Shown: positions 47,013-55,176 of the stretch, piece after piece
Numbering within the stretch: position 1 is the first letter of the stretch
Layout: each line of letters opens with the position of its first letter
Position numbers and translations under genes: made by a program
Origin: an uncultured Victivallales bacterium
GTDB taxonomy: Bacteria; Verrucomicrobiota; Kiritimatiellia; UBA8416
Direction: 5' to 3'
Length of the DNA stretch: 64,000 nucleotides
Assembly: GCA_964472315.1 (NCBI GenBank)
Contig: CAYYJS010000016.1
Coordinates: 265-64,264, forward strand
Notes under the pieces: generated by a model
Told to the model about the DNA's origin: nothing
What the model saw: the letters and a program-made list of their open reading frames with translations, nothing else
The model's database searches: none

Positions 47013-48752
47013 ATGAGTGAATCGATCGCCTTGGAAGTCCGCCGACCCGGTCGCGAACCCCGTCGCTTCGAGATCGGCCCCGGCGTCTACACCGTCGGCA
47101 GCGACGACGACTGCCGCATCTGTCTCAGCCACGAATCCGTGGGCAGCCGTCACGCCATCGTCACCGTCCGCCCGGATACCTGCTGGCTGGAGGACCTCGG
47201 ATCCCCCGCCGGCACCAGCGTCGACGGCATTCCGGCGCGCGGGCGTACGGCCATACCGTCCGGCAGCGAGGTCCGCATGGGCGCCTACGTGCTCGTCTTT
47301 CACATGGAGGGGGTCCCCGCCGACATGTCGGCGACGGCGCCCGCCGCGCCCCCCCTCCCGCCTCCGGCGCCCGAGCAACCGCCAGCGCCACCCCCTCCGT
47401 CGCCCATCCTCACGCCGGTTCCGGCACGCGGCGCCGAGTCTTCGAGCGCCTCCCTGGATCCCGAAACCGTTCGCAAACGCTCCATCAAGCAACAGATCCA
47501 CCGGGAATTGGTCGAGCGGCTCGATATCCGGCGCCTCACGGCCTCGCGTGTGAACCCGGAGGAGCTGCGCGACAAGGTGCGCCGCACGCTTGAACAAATC
47601 GTACACGACGTCGCCGCCAAACTACCCCCCGGCATCCCCCCGCGGACCATCATCAAGGAGGTCTACGACGAGGCCCTCGGTCTAGGTCCGCTGGAGGATC
47701 TGCTCGCGGACGAAGCGGTCACCGAAATCATGGTCAACGGCCACGACCACGTTTTCGTCGAACGCAACGGCCGCATCGAACTGACCGGCCTGACGTTCAT
47801 GGACGACACGTCGGTGCTGGCCATCATCGAACGCATCGTCTCGCCCATCGGACGGCGCATCGACGAAAGCCAGCCCTACGTCGACGCCCGCCTGCCGGAC
47901 GGCTCGCGCGTGAATGCCATCATCCATCCGCTGTCGCTGGTCGGCCCCTGCATTACGATCCGGAAGTTTTCGAAGACGCCCTTCACCGACCGCGACCTCG
48001 TCCGCTTCGGCACCATGGCCGAGTCCTGCTGCGAGTTCATGAAGGTCTGTGTCCGCCTGCGCAAGAACGTCGTCGTTTCCGGCGGCACGGGGTCCGGCAA
48101 GACGACGCTGTTGAACGTCTTGAGCGGCTACCTGCCCCCCACCGACCGCATCGTGACCATCGAGGATGCCGCCGAGCTGCGCCTCGCGCAACCGCATGTC
48201 GTGCGCCTCGAGGCGCGCCAGCCCAACATCGAGGGCCGCGGCGCCATCACCATCCGCGATCTCGTGCGCAACGCGTTGCGCATGCGACCCGACCGCATCG
48301 TCGTCGGCGAATGCCGCGGCGGCGAGGCGCTCGATATGCTCCAGGCCATGAACACGGGACACGATGGCTCGCTCACCACCGTCCATGCCAACTCGCCGCG
48401 CGATGTCATCTCCCGTCTCGAAACGATGGTGCTCATGTCCGGCATGGATCTCCCCGTGCGCGCCATCCGCGAACAGGTGGCCGCGGCCGTCGACATCATC
48501 ATTCATGAGCAGCGTTTCAGCGACGGCTCCCGCAAGGTTCTCAAAGTCACCGAAGTGCTCGGACTGGAAGGCGATCAGATCGTCATGCAGGATATCTTCG
48601 AGTACCGCCAGACCAGCGTGGACGAGAAGGGCAAAGTGATCGGGCGCTTCATGCCGACCGGCGCCGTACCCACGTTCCTGGAGGATATCGAGACGCGCGG
48701 CATGACGATCGATCGACGCATGTTCGACCCGCGCCTGGCCACCGGAAACTGA
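47013..48752 (+). CDS. FHA domain fused to CpaF/TadA-type secretion ATPase
   Basis: N-terminus: YTVGSDDDCRICLSHESVGSRHAIV...LEDLGSPAGTSVDG (FHA-like). A Pro-rich linker follows. CpaF core has Walker A GGTGSGKTT and GHDGSLTTVHANS. Confidence 0.8.
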   Translation: MSESIALEVRRPGREPRRFEIGPGVYTVGSDDDCRICLSHESVGSRHAIVTVRPDTCWLEDLGSPAGTSVDGIPARGRTAIPSGSEVRMGAYVLVFHMEGVPADMSATAPAAPPLPPPAPEQPPAPPPPSPILTPVPARGAESSSASLDPETVRKRSIKQQIHRELVERLDIRRLTASRVNPEELRDKVRRTLEQIVHDVAAKLPPGIPPRTIIKEVYDEALGLGPLEDLLADEAVTEIMVNGHDHVFVERNGRIELTGLTFMDDTSVLAIIERIVSPIGRRIDESQPYVDARLPDGSRVNAIIHPLSLVGPCITIRKFSKTPFTDRDLVRFGTMAESCCEFMKVCVRLRKNVVVSGGTGSGKTTLLNVLSGYLPPTDRIVTIEDAAELRLAQPHVVRLEARQPNIEGRGAITIRDLVRNALRMRPDRIVVGECRGGEALDMLQAMNTGHDGSLTTVHANSPRDVISRLETMVLMSGMDLPVRAIREQVAAAVDIIIHEQRFSDGSRKVLKVTEVLGLEGDQIVMQDIFEYRQTSVDEKGKVIGRFMPTGAVPTFLEDIETRGMTIDRRMFDPRLATGN

Positions 48753-48755
48753 CCC

Positions 48756-49655
48756 ATGAGCATGATGCTGACAACCTTGCTTTTCTGGCTGGTCCCGACG
48801 CTGTTCATGGTCTGCTTCGCGGGGCTGACTTTCGTGCTCATGCGAGGACTGGCGGCCGGAGCCGAAGCCTACTCCGGCGAATACTCCGCGGATACCGCCC
48901 GGCAATTCGAGGACATCTTCCTCTTCGTGCCGCCGCGCCGGATCGCGGAAATCGGCTGGATGTGCTCGGCCGCCGCGTTCGCCCTCGTCTTTTTCCTCAC
49001 GGGCAGCCTCACGGACCGGCGCGGTTTCGGCGTGGGTCTGGTCCTCGGAGCGCTCGCGGCCGCCGGGATGCTGCAGATGCCCCGGTTGCTGCTCGTCACG
49101 CTCCGTCGCCGGCGTCTGCGCAAGTTCAACCTACAGCTCGTCGATACGCTCGTCAGCATGAGCAACGCGCTCAAGGCGGGCTTCAGCATCATGCAGTCGT
49201 TCGAGACCGTCACGCGGGACGGCGAAAACCCCATCGCCCAGGAGTTCGGCCTCTTCCTGCAACAGACGCGCGTCGGCGTCAGTTTTTCGGAAGCCATGGC
49301 GAACATGGAACGGCGTGTCGGCAGCGACGATCTGACCCTCGTCGTGCTCGCGATCGAAACCGCCCGCCAAACCGGCGGCAACCTGACGGAGATCTTCGAA
49401 CAGATCTCGGCCACCATCCGCGAACGCATGCGCATCGAGAACCGCATCCGCACGCTCACCGCCCAGGGCCGCCTGCAGGGCATTGTCGTCGGGTCCATGC
49501 CGCTGCTCATCGCGGGTGTGCTGACGGTGCTCGATCCTGACATGATGTTGCCTTTCCTGCACTCGGTGCCCGGCGCCGCGATCATCGCGCTCGTCATCGT
49601 GATGATCGCCTGCGGCGGCGTGATCATCCGGAAAATCATCGCCATCGACGTCTGA
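48756..49655 (+). CDS. tadB: TadB-like inner-membrane platform protein (T2SSF domain)
   Basis: TM-rich, with LVDTLVSMSNALKAGFSIMQSFE and ARQTGGNLTEIFE motifs. Confidence 0.75.
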   Translation: MSMMLTTLLFWLVPTLFMVCFAGLTFVLMRGLAAGAEAYSGEYSADTARQFEDIFLFVPPRRIAEIGWMCSAAAFALVFFLTGSLTDRRGFGVGLVLGALAAAGMLQMPRLLLVTLRRRRLRKFNLQLVDTLVSMSNALKAGFSIMQSFETVTRDGENPIAQEFGLFLQQTRVGVSFSEAMANMERRVGSDDLTLVVLAIETARQTGGNLTEIFEQISATIRERMRIENRIRTLTAQGRLQGIVVGSMPLLIAGVLTVLDPDMMLPFLHSVPGAAIIALVIVMIACGGVIIRKIIAIDV

Positions 49656-49662
49656 TCCAACC

Positions 49663-50586
49663 ATGAACACACATGCGATTATTCAGTCTCTGCTCGCCGT
49701 GTGCTGGGCCCTGGCCGCGGCCGGCGCAACCTGGCATGTGTCGCGCATCGCCCGCCAGATCACGTACGTCACGCTCGCCGACGGCCGGCGGCAGGAACGC
49801 GCCATTCCGATCCTGTTCCGTCTGCTGCTCCCGCTGTCGCCCAACTTGGCGCCGCTCTGGCGGCGGCCGGCATTCGCGAAGACACGCACGGAGGTGGACG
49901 CGCGGCTCGTCGCGGGCGGCTACGAAGGCTTGTTGTCGGCCGACGAGATGCTGGCCATCCGCGTGCTCGTACCCCTCGTGTACGGCACGCTCTGGGTCAT
50001 CTTCATGCGGGGCGCCGTCACGGCCAGTCACGTCGCGTTCCTCGCCAAGGGGCAGTTCGCCCTCTACGCGATCGGCGTCCTGTGGCTGGCGCTCTACCCC
50101 TTCACCTGGCTCCGACAGGCCATCGCCGCGCGGCACCGTGTCGTCCAGCGCGCGCTCCCGTTCGTCCTGGACCTGTTGACGCTCTCCGTCGAGGCCGGCA
50201 TGGACTTCATGTCGGCTCTGCAACGCAACATCGACCGACGCCGCATCGACGCCCTGAGCGAGGAACTCATTCGTGTCGTGCGCGAGATCCAACTCGGCGC
50301 CACCCGCCGGCAGGCCCTCCGCGGCATGTCGCGACGCGTCAACCTCGCGGACCTGCGATCGGTGGTGAACGCCCTCTGCCAAGCCGATGAACTCGGCGTC
50401 AGCATCGGGTCCATCCTCCGCATCCAGGCCGACCAGATGCGCCTGCGCCGCTTCGAACGCGCCGAGAAGCTCGCCAATGAGGCCCCGGTGAAGATGCTGT
50501 TTCCGCTGATGGTCTTCATTTTCCCCGCCGTGTTCCTCGTCCTGCTCGGCCCCGTCATCTACCGCATGGTCCAGCAAGGCTTCTAA
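49663..50586 (+). CDS. tadC: TadC-like inner-membrane platform protein (T2SSF domain)
   Basis: LPFVLDLLTLSVEAGMDFMSALQ...ADELGVSIGSILRIQADQMR. Confidence 0.75.
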   Translation: MNTHAIIQSLLAVCWALAAAGATWHVSRIARQITYVTLADGRRQERAIPILFRLLLPLSPNLAPLWRRPAFAKTRTEVDARLVAGGYEGLLSADEMLAIRVLVPLVYGTLWVIFMRGAVTASHVAFLAKGQFALYAIGVLWLALYPFTWLRQAIAARHRVVQRALPFVLDLLTLSVEAGMDFMSALQRNIDRRRIDALSEELIRVVREIQLGATRRQALRGMSRRVNLADLRSVVNALCQADELGVSIGSILRIQADQMRLRRFERAEKLANEAPVKMLFPLMVFIFPAVFLVLLGPVIYRMVQQGF

Positions 50587-50596
50587 ACGCCATGGT

Positions 50597-50626
50597 TTGA
50601 CACCAGGTCCGCCCGCCGCCTATACT
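50597..50626 (+). promoter_or_regulatory. Sigma-70-type promoter positioned for a leaderless deoA transcript
   Basis: TTGACA (50597-50602), 18 nt, TATACT (50621-50626). ATG 50632 is only 5 nt downstream and no Shine-Dalgarno sequence is present. Confidence 0.5.
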
Positions 50627-50631
50627 CCGCC

Positions 50632-51954
50632 ATGTTGCCGCAGTGGATCATCGAGACCAAGCGTGACGGGGGGACGCTTTCTTCCGAGGATATCGGTGCG
50701 TTCATCGCCGGCTACGCCGACGGCACGATCCCGGATTACCAGATGGCCGCACTGGCCATGGCCATCCTGTTCCAAGGCATGACCTTTCCGGAAGTGACCG
50801 CCCTGACGGACGCCATGATGCGCTCAGGCACGACATTGGATTTCGCCGGCCTGGGCGTGCCGACGGCCGACAAACACTCCACAGGCGGCGTCGGCGACAA
50901 GGTGTCGCTCGTCCTGGCGCCCCTCGTCGCCTGCTGCGGCATCGCCGTCCCCATGCTCTCCGGCCGCGGATTGGGCATCACGGGCGGCACGCTCGACAAG
51001 CTCGAATCCATCCCCGGGTACCGTACCGATCTCTCCGCCGATACGTTCCGCGCCGTCTTGCGCGCCTGCGGGTGCTCGATCATCGGTCAGACCGCCGAAC
51101 TCGCCCCCGCCGACAAGAAGCTATATGCCCTGCGCGACGTCACCGGCACAGTCCCCTCCATCCCCCTCATCGCCGCCAGCATCATGTCCAAAAAACTCGC
51201 CGAAGGCGCCGGGACGCTTGTGCTCGACGTCACCTGGGGCTCGGGCGCGTTCATGCGCCGACGCGCGGATGCGCGCGAACTCGCCCGCACGATGGTCGAA
51301 ATCGGCACACGCATGGGCCGTCGCATGGCCGCCCTGCTGACCGACATGGACGAACCGCGCGGGCGCGCGGTGGGCAACGCCGTCGAGGTCGCCGAAGCCG
51401 TGGCGGCCCTGCAAGGCCGCGGGCCGGATGACCTGATGACCGTCACCTACGCCCTCGCCGCGCGCATGCTCACGCTCGCGGGCCACACCGTTTCCGCCGA
51501 TGCCGCCCGGGCCATCCTCGAAGACCACGTGACCTCAGGTCGCGCCTACGAACGCTTCCTCACGATGGTCCGCCTGCACGGCGGAGATCCCGCCGCACTC
51601 GCCTCGCCCGACCGGCTGCCGCGCACCCGCCTGCGCGTCCCGGTTCCCGCGCCCGCCGACGGTTTCGTCGCGCGTGTGGACGCCGGCGCCATCGGCCGCG
51701 CCTCCGTCCTGCTCGGTTGCGGACGCACCCGGGTGACGGACACCGTCGATCACGCCGTCGGCATCGTCGAGCTCATTCGGCGCGGCGAGCCCGTCCGCGC
51801 CGGACAGCCGCTCATGATCGTTCTGGCCAACGACGGGGATGCCTGCGCGGCCGCGATGACGCACCTCGCCGGCGCCGTCGCGATCGATACCGCGCCGCCC
51901 CCGCCGCGCGCCCTGTTCGGCGAACTCATTCTGCCGGGAGACGCTGCCACATGA
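50632..51954 (+). CDS. deoA: Thymidine / pyrimidine-nucleoside phosphorylase
   Basis: IIETKRDGG.LS.EDI...DKHSTGGVGDKVSL...YALRDVTGTV. Confidence 0.9.
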   Translation: MLPQWIIETKRDGGTLSSEDIGAFIAGYADGTIPDYQMAALAMAILFQGMTFPEVTALTDAMMRSGTTLDFAGLGVPTADKHSTGGVGDKVSLVLAPLVACCGIAVPMLSGRGLGITGGTLDKLESIPGYRTDLSADTFRAVLRACGCSIIGQTAELAPADKKLYALRDVTGTVPSIPLIAASIMSKKLAEGAGTLVLDVTWGSGAFMRRRADARELARTMVEIGTRMGRRMAALLTDMDEPRGRAVGNAVEVAEAVAALQGRGPDDLMTVTYALAARMLTLAGHTVSADAARAILEDHVTSGRAYERFLTMVRLHGGDPAALASPDRLPRTRLRVPVPAPADGFVARVDAGAIGRASVLLGCGRTRVTDTVDHAVGIVELIRRGEPVRAGQPLMIVLANDGDACAAAMTHLAGAVAIDTAPPPPRALFGELILPGDAAT

Positions 51955-52358
51955 GCCTTGCCACGGACCTGCTTGCCGCCGCCGCGGACGCGCGGACTCG
52001 CGCCCACGCCCCCTATTCGTCATTCCGCGTCGGCGCCGCACTGGCTTGCGCGGATGGCGCCGTCGTCACCGGCTGCAACGTCGAGAACGCCTCCTACGGG
52101 CTGACCGTCTGCGCGGAGCGCAATGCGCTCGCGGCAGCCATCGCCCAGGGCCACCGCGCATTCACGGCCCTGGCGGTCGTGGCCGATGGCGCCGTGCCGC
52201 CGACGCCATGCGGCGCCTGCCGACAGGTGCTGGCCGAATTCTGCCCGCCCGAATTTCCGGTCCATTGCGCCGCCGCGACCCATCTCGACGCCGCCGCCGA
52301 GTTTACACTGGGGAATCTGCTTCCCTCCACGTTCAGCATGAAAGGGCACACCGCATGA
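51951..52358 (+). CDS. cdd: Cytidine deaminase
   Basis: APYSSFRVGAAL...CAERNAL...PCGACRQVLAEF. ATGA overlap with deoA. Confidence 0.9.
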   Translation: MSLATDLLAAAADARTRAHAPYSSFRVGAALACADGAVVTGCNVENASYGLTVCAERNALAAAIAQGHRAFTALAVVADGAVPPTPCGACRQVLAEFCPPEFPVHCAAATHLDAAAEFTLGNLLPSTFSMKGHTA

Positions 52359-53710
52359 GCGCTCGCACGGGCATCCGCAAGACATTCGTTCTGGACACCA
52401 ACGTCCTCCTGCACAACGCCACCAGTATCGAGAGCTTCGCCGACAACATCGTCGTGCTGCCGATGGCCGTGATCGAAGAGCTCGACAAGTTCAAGACGCA
52501 TAACGACGAGCTGGGCCGCAATGCGCGCGCCGTCATCCGCCGCATCGACAAACTCCGCGCCATGGGCAACCTGCGCGACGGCGTGCCACTGGCCGGCGAG
52601 GGCCTCCTGCGCATCCAGACGTCAAAGCTCGAATCGGTCGAAGGGTTGCTCGCCGAGAATGTCCCCGACAACCTGATTCTCCGGCTCGCGTTCGAGCTGC
52701 AGAGCCACCGTGAACAGGTCATTTTCGTCAGCAAGGACATCAACGCGCGACTCAAGGCCGATGCGCTCGGCATCGAGGCCGTGGACTTCGAGAAGGAGAA
52801 GGTCAACTTCGACGATCTCTACACGGGCCACTCGGAGGTCGAGGTGCCGGTCGCGACGATCAATGCGTTCTTCAAGGAAGACGTGTACACGAACGCCGAA
52901 CTCGGCACGTACCCGAACGAGTTCATCACCATGCGCGAGCGCACGAACCGCAAGAAGCAGCGCACCGCGCTGGGGCGCGTGCTGGCCCCCGGCAAGCTGG
53001 TCCATCTCAGCAGCAAGCTCGAACAGGTCTGGAACATCCAGGCACGGAACAAGGAGCAGCGCATGGCGCTCGAACTGCTGATGGACCCCGCCGTCCAGAT
53101 CGTCACGCTGGTCGGGCAGGCCGGCACCGGCAAGACCCTGCTGGCCCTCGCCGCCGCACTGCACAGCACCCTCCGGCTGCATCGTTACGACCGGATCCTC
53201 GTGTCGCGTCCCATCATCCCCATGGGCAAGGATATCGGCTACCTGCCGGGTCCGAAGGAAGAGAAGCTTTCGCACTGGATGCAGCCCATCTTCGACAACC
53301 TCACCTACCTCATGGCCTATGAGGCGGCCTCGGCCGCATCGAACAAGAAGAAGAAAGCCCGTGTCACGCCGCGTGACCGGATCGACGGCCTGCTGGCGAA
53401 CAACACCATCACCCTCGAGGCGCTCACCTACATCCGCGGCCGTTCGATCCCGGACCAGTACGTCATCATCGACGAAGCCCAGAACCTGACGCCGCACGAA
53501 GTGAAAACGATCGTCAGCCGCGCCGGCGAGAACACGAAAATGGTCCTCACGGGAGACCCTTACCAGATCGACAATCCCTACCTCGACGCCTCAAGCAACG
53601 GCTTGACCTACGCGACCGAGCGTCTCAAGACGCTGGACCTGCACGGGCACATCACGCTGATGACCAGCGAACGCAGCCATCTGGCCGCCGTCGCCGCCGC
53701 CTATCTGTAG
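52355..53710 (+). CDS. PIN-domain PhoH-like ATPase (YlaK type)
   Basis: N-terminal PIN (FVLDTNVLLH...VIEELD) and a PhoH core with GQAGTGKT. ATGA overlap with cdd. Confidence 0.85.
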   Translation: MSARTGIRKTFVLDTNVLLHNATSIESFADNIVVLPMAVIEELDKFKTHNDELGRNARAVIRRIDKLRAMGNLRDGVPLAGEGLLRIQTSKLESVEGLLAENVPDNLILRLAFELQSHREQVIFVSKDINARLKADALGIEAVDFEKEKVNFDDLYTGHSEVEVPVATINAFFKEDVYTNAELGTYPNEFITMRERTNRKKQRTALGRVLAPGKLVHLSSKLEQVWNIQARNKEQRMALELLMDPAVQIVTLVGQAGTGKTLLALAAALHSTLRLHRYDRILVSRPIIPMGKDIGYLPGPKEEKLSHWMQPIFDNLTYLMAYEAASAASNKKKKARVTPRDRIDGLLANNTITLEALTYIRGRSIPDQYVIIDEAQNLTPHEVKTIVSRAGENTKMVLTGDPYQIDNPYLDASSNGLTYATERLKTLDLHGHITLMTSERSHLAAVAAAYL

Positions 53711-53722
53711 ACCCGGGCGTCC

Positions 53723-55051
53723 TTACTTGAGCATCAACTCCACGACGGGCACGTCGACCCGCGGCTGTACGATCGGCAATTCGACCGTCACCGCGTTCGA
53801 GGGGCTCGACTCGGCCATGTTGGCGTGGATGGACGCCTTCGCGTCGCGGAACTTGACTTCGCTGGCGTCGTCGAGCAACTGCGCATACGCCACGCGTCCG
53901 GCCAGCCCGTCGATGTGAATCGTCTTGAACGGCCAGGCATAGACATGCACATAGAGCCGGTTCGTCGACGGGTTGTACGTCAGGCGGCAGTCTTTCGGCT
54001 CGACGAACTCGGCCGGCGCGGCCGTGCACCCATAGATCGCGCGCGAATGCCTGCGCATCCACGCGCCGATGCCTTCGAGCGCCTCCATGGCGCGGTAATC
54101 CAACTCCCCGCGACCCGTCGGGCCGACGTTGAGAAGGAGGTTTCCGCCGCGGCTGACATGGTTGACGAGCATCTGGATCAACATCGGCACGGTCTTCCAG
54201 GTCGTTTCGTCGCGATGGTAGCCCCAGGACCCCGACAGCGTCTGGCAGCCTTCCCACACGACGGGCTTGCCCTGTGCGTCGGTGATCGCGTTCGAGGGCG
54301 TGTACTGCTCGGGAGTCGCAATGTCGCCGACGCCCGGCAAGTCCAGCCGGTTGTCGAGGATGATGCCGGGCCGGAGCTTCCGGATCGTTTCGACAAGCTT
54401 CTCCGACTCCCAGTCGGCGTGACCCTTGCCGTCCTCGCCGGGATACGAGAAGTCGAACCAGAGGATGTCGACGTCGCCGTAGCGGGTCAACAGTTCCTTG
54501 ACCTGGTTGCGCATGTAAGCGGCGTACTTCGTCATGTCCCGACCGGCCTGTAGTTTGCGGAACTCCTGGTCCCCGCGTTGCGGGTGCATGCGGTCGATCG
54601 TGAATTCGGGATGGTGCCAGTCGATCAGCGAGTAGTAGAAACCGACCCGCAGGCCCTCTTCCCGGAACGCGTCGACCATCGGCTTGAGCAGATCGCGCCC
54701 GCAAGGCGTGTTCGGCGCCTTGTAGTCCGTGTACTTCGAGTCCCAGAGACAGAACCCCTCGTGGTGCTTCGTCGTGACCACGAAGTACTTCATGCCCGCG
54801 GCCTTGGCCGCCCGCGCCCAGATGCGCGGGTCGTAAAGGTCCGGGTTGAAGTTGTCGAAGTACTTCTGGTAGTCCGCGTTCGTGATGCATTCCCGGTGTT
54901 TCACCCACTCGTGCCGCGCCGGCAACGCGTACAAGCCCCAGTGAATGAACATGCCGAGCCGATCCCGCACGAACCACGAGGTGTCGCCCTTCATGCCGAG
55001 CGCGGAAACACCCGTGCCTTTACCCGTCACCGTCTGCTTGCGCGTGGCCAT
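53723..55051 (-). CDS. Alpha-L-fucosidase (GH29)
   Basis: GMFIHWGLYALPA...KYFVVTTKHHEGFCLWDS...WFDFS. Confidence 0.9.
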   Translation of the reverse strand: MATRKQTVTGKGTGVSALGMKGDTSWFVRDRLGMFIHWGLYALPARHEWVKHRECITNADYQKYFDNFNPDLYDPRIWARAAKAAGMKYFVVTTKHHEGFCLWDSKYTDYKAPNTPCGRDLLKPMVDAFREEGLRVGFYYSLIDWHHPEFTIDRMHPQRGDQEFRKLQAGRDMTKYAAYMRNQVKELLTRYGDVDILWFDFSYPGEDGKGHADWESEKLVETIRKLRPGIILDNRLDLPGVGDIATPEQYTPSNAITDAQGKPVVWEGCQTLSGSWGYHRDETTWKTVPMLIQMLVNHVSRGGNLLLNVGPTGRGELDYRAMEALEGIGAWMRRHSRAIYGCTAAPAEFVEPKDCRLTYNPSTNRLYVHVYAWPFKTIHIDGLAGRVAYAQLLDDASEVKFRDAKASIHANMAESSPSNAVTVELPIVQPRVDVPVVELMLK

Positions 55052-55117
55052 CGATGGATCTCCCTCTAGACGTTTTATGCAACCGCGGCACTATGGGTCA
55101 TGACGACCTGACACGCA

Positions 55118-55147
55118 AGCCGAACTCGGCACAGCCGAACTCGGCAC
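55118..55147. repeat. Perfect tandem duplication of a 15-nt unit, each unit containing a small palindrome
   Basis: AGCCGAACTCGGCAC x2 (55118-55132 and 55133-55147). The core GCCGA-ac-TCGGC is self-complementary. It lies between the E1 stop and the fucosidase start. Confidence 0.85.
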
Positions 55148-55176
55148 GCATGGCCGTCGCGCCCCGGAAACCGACC

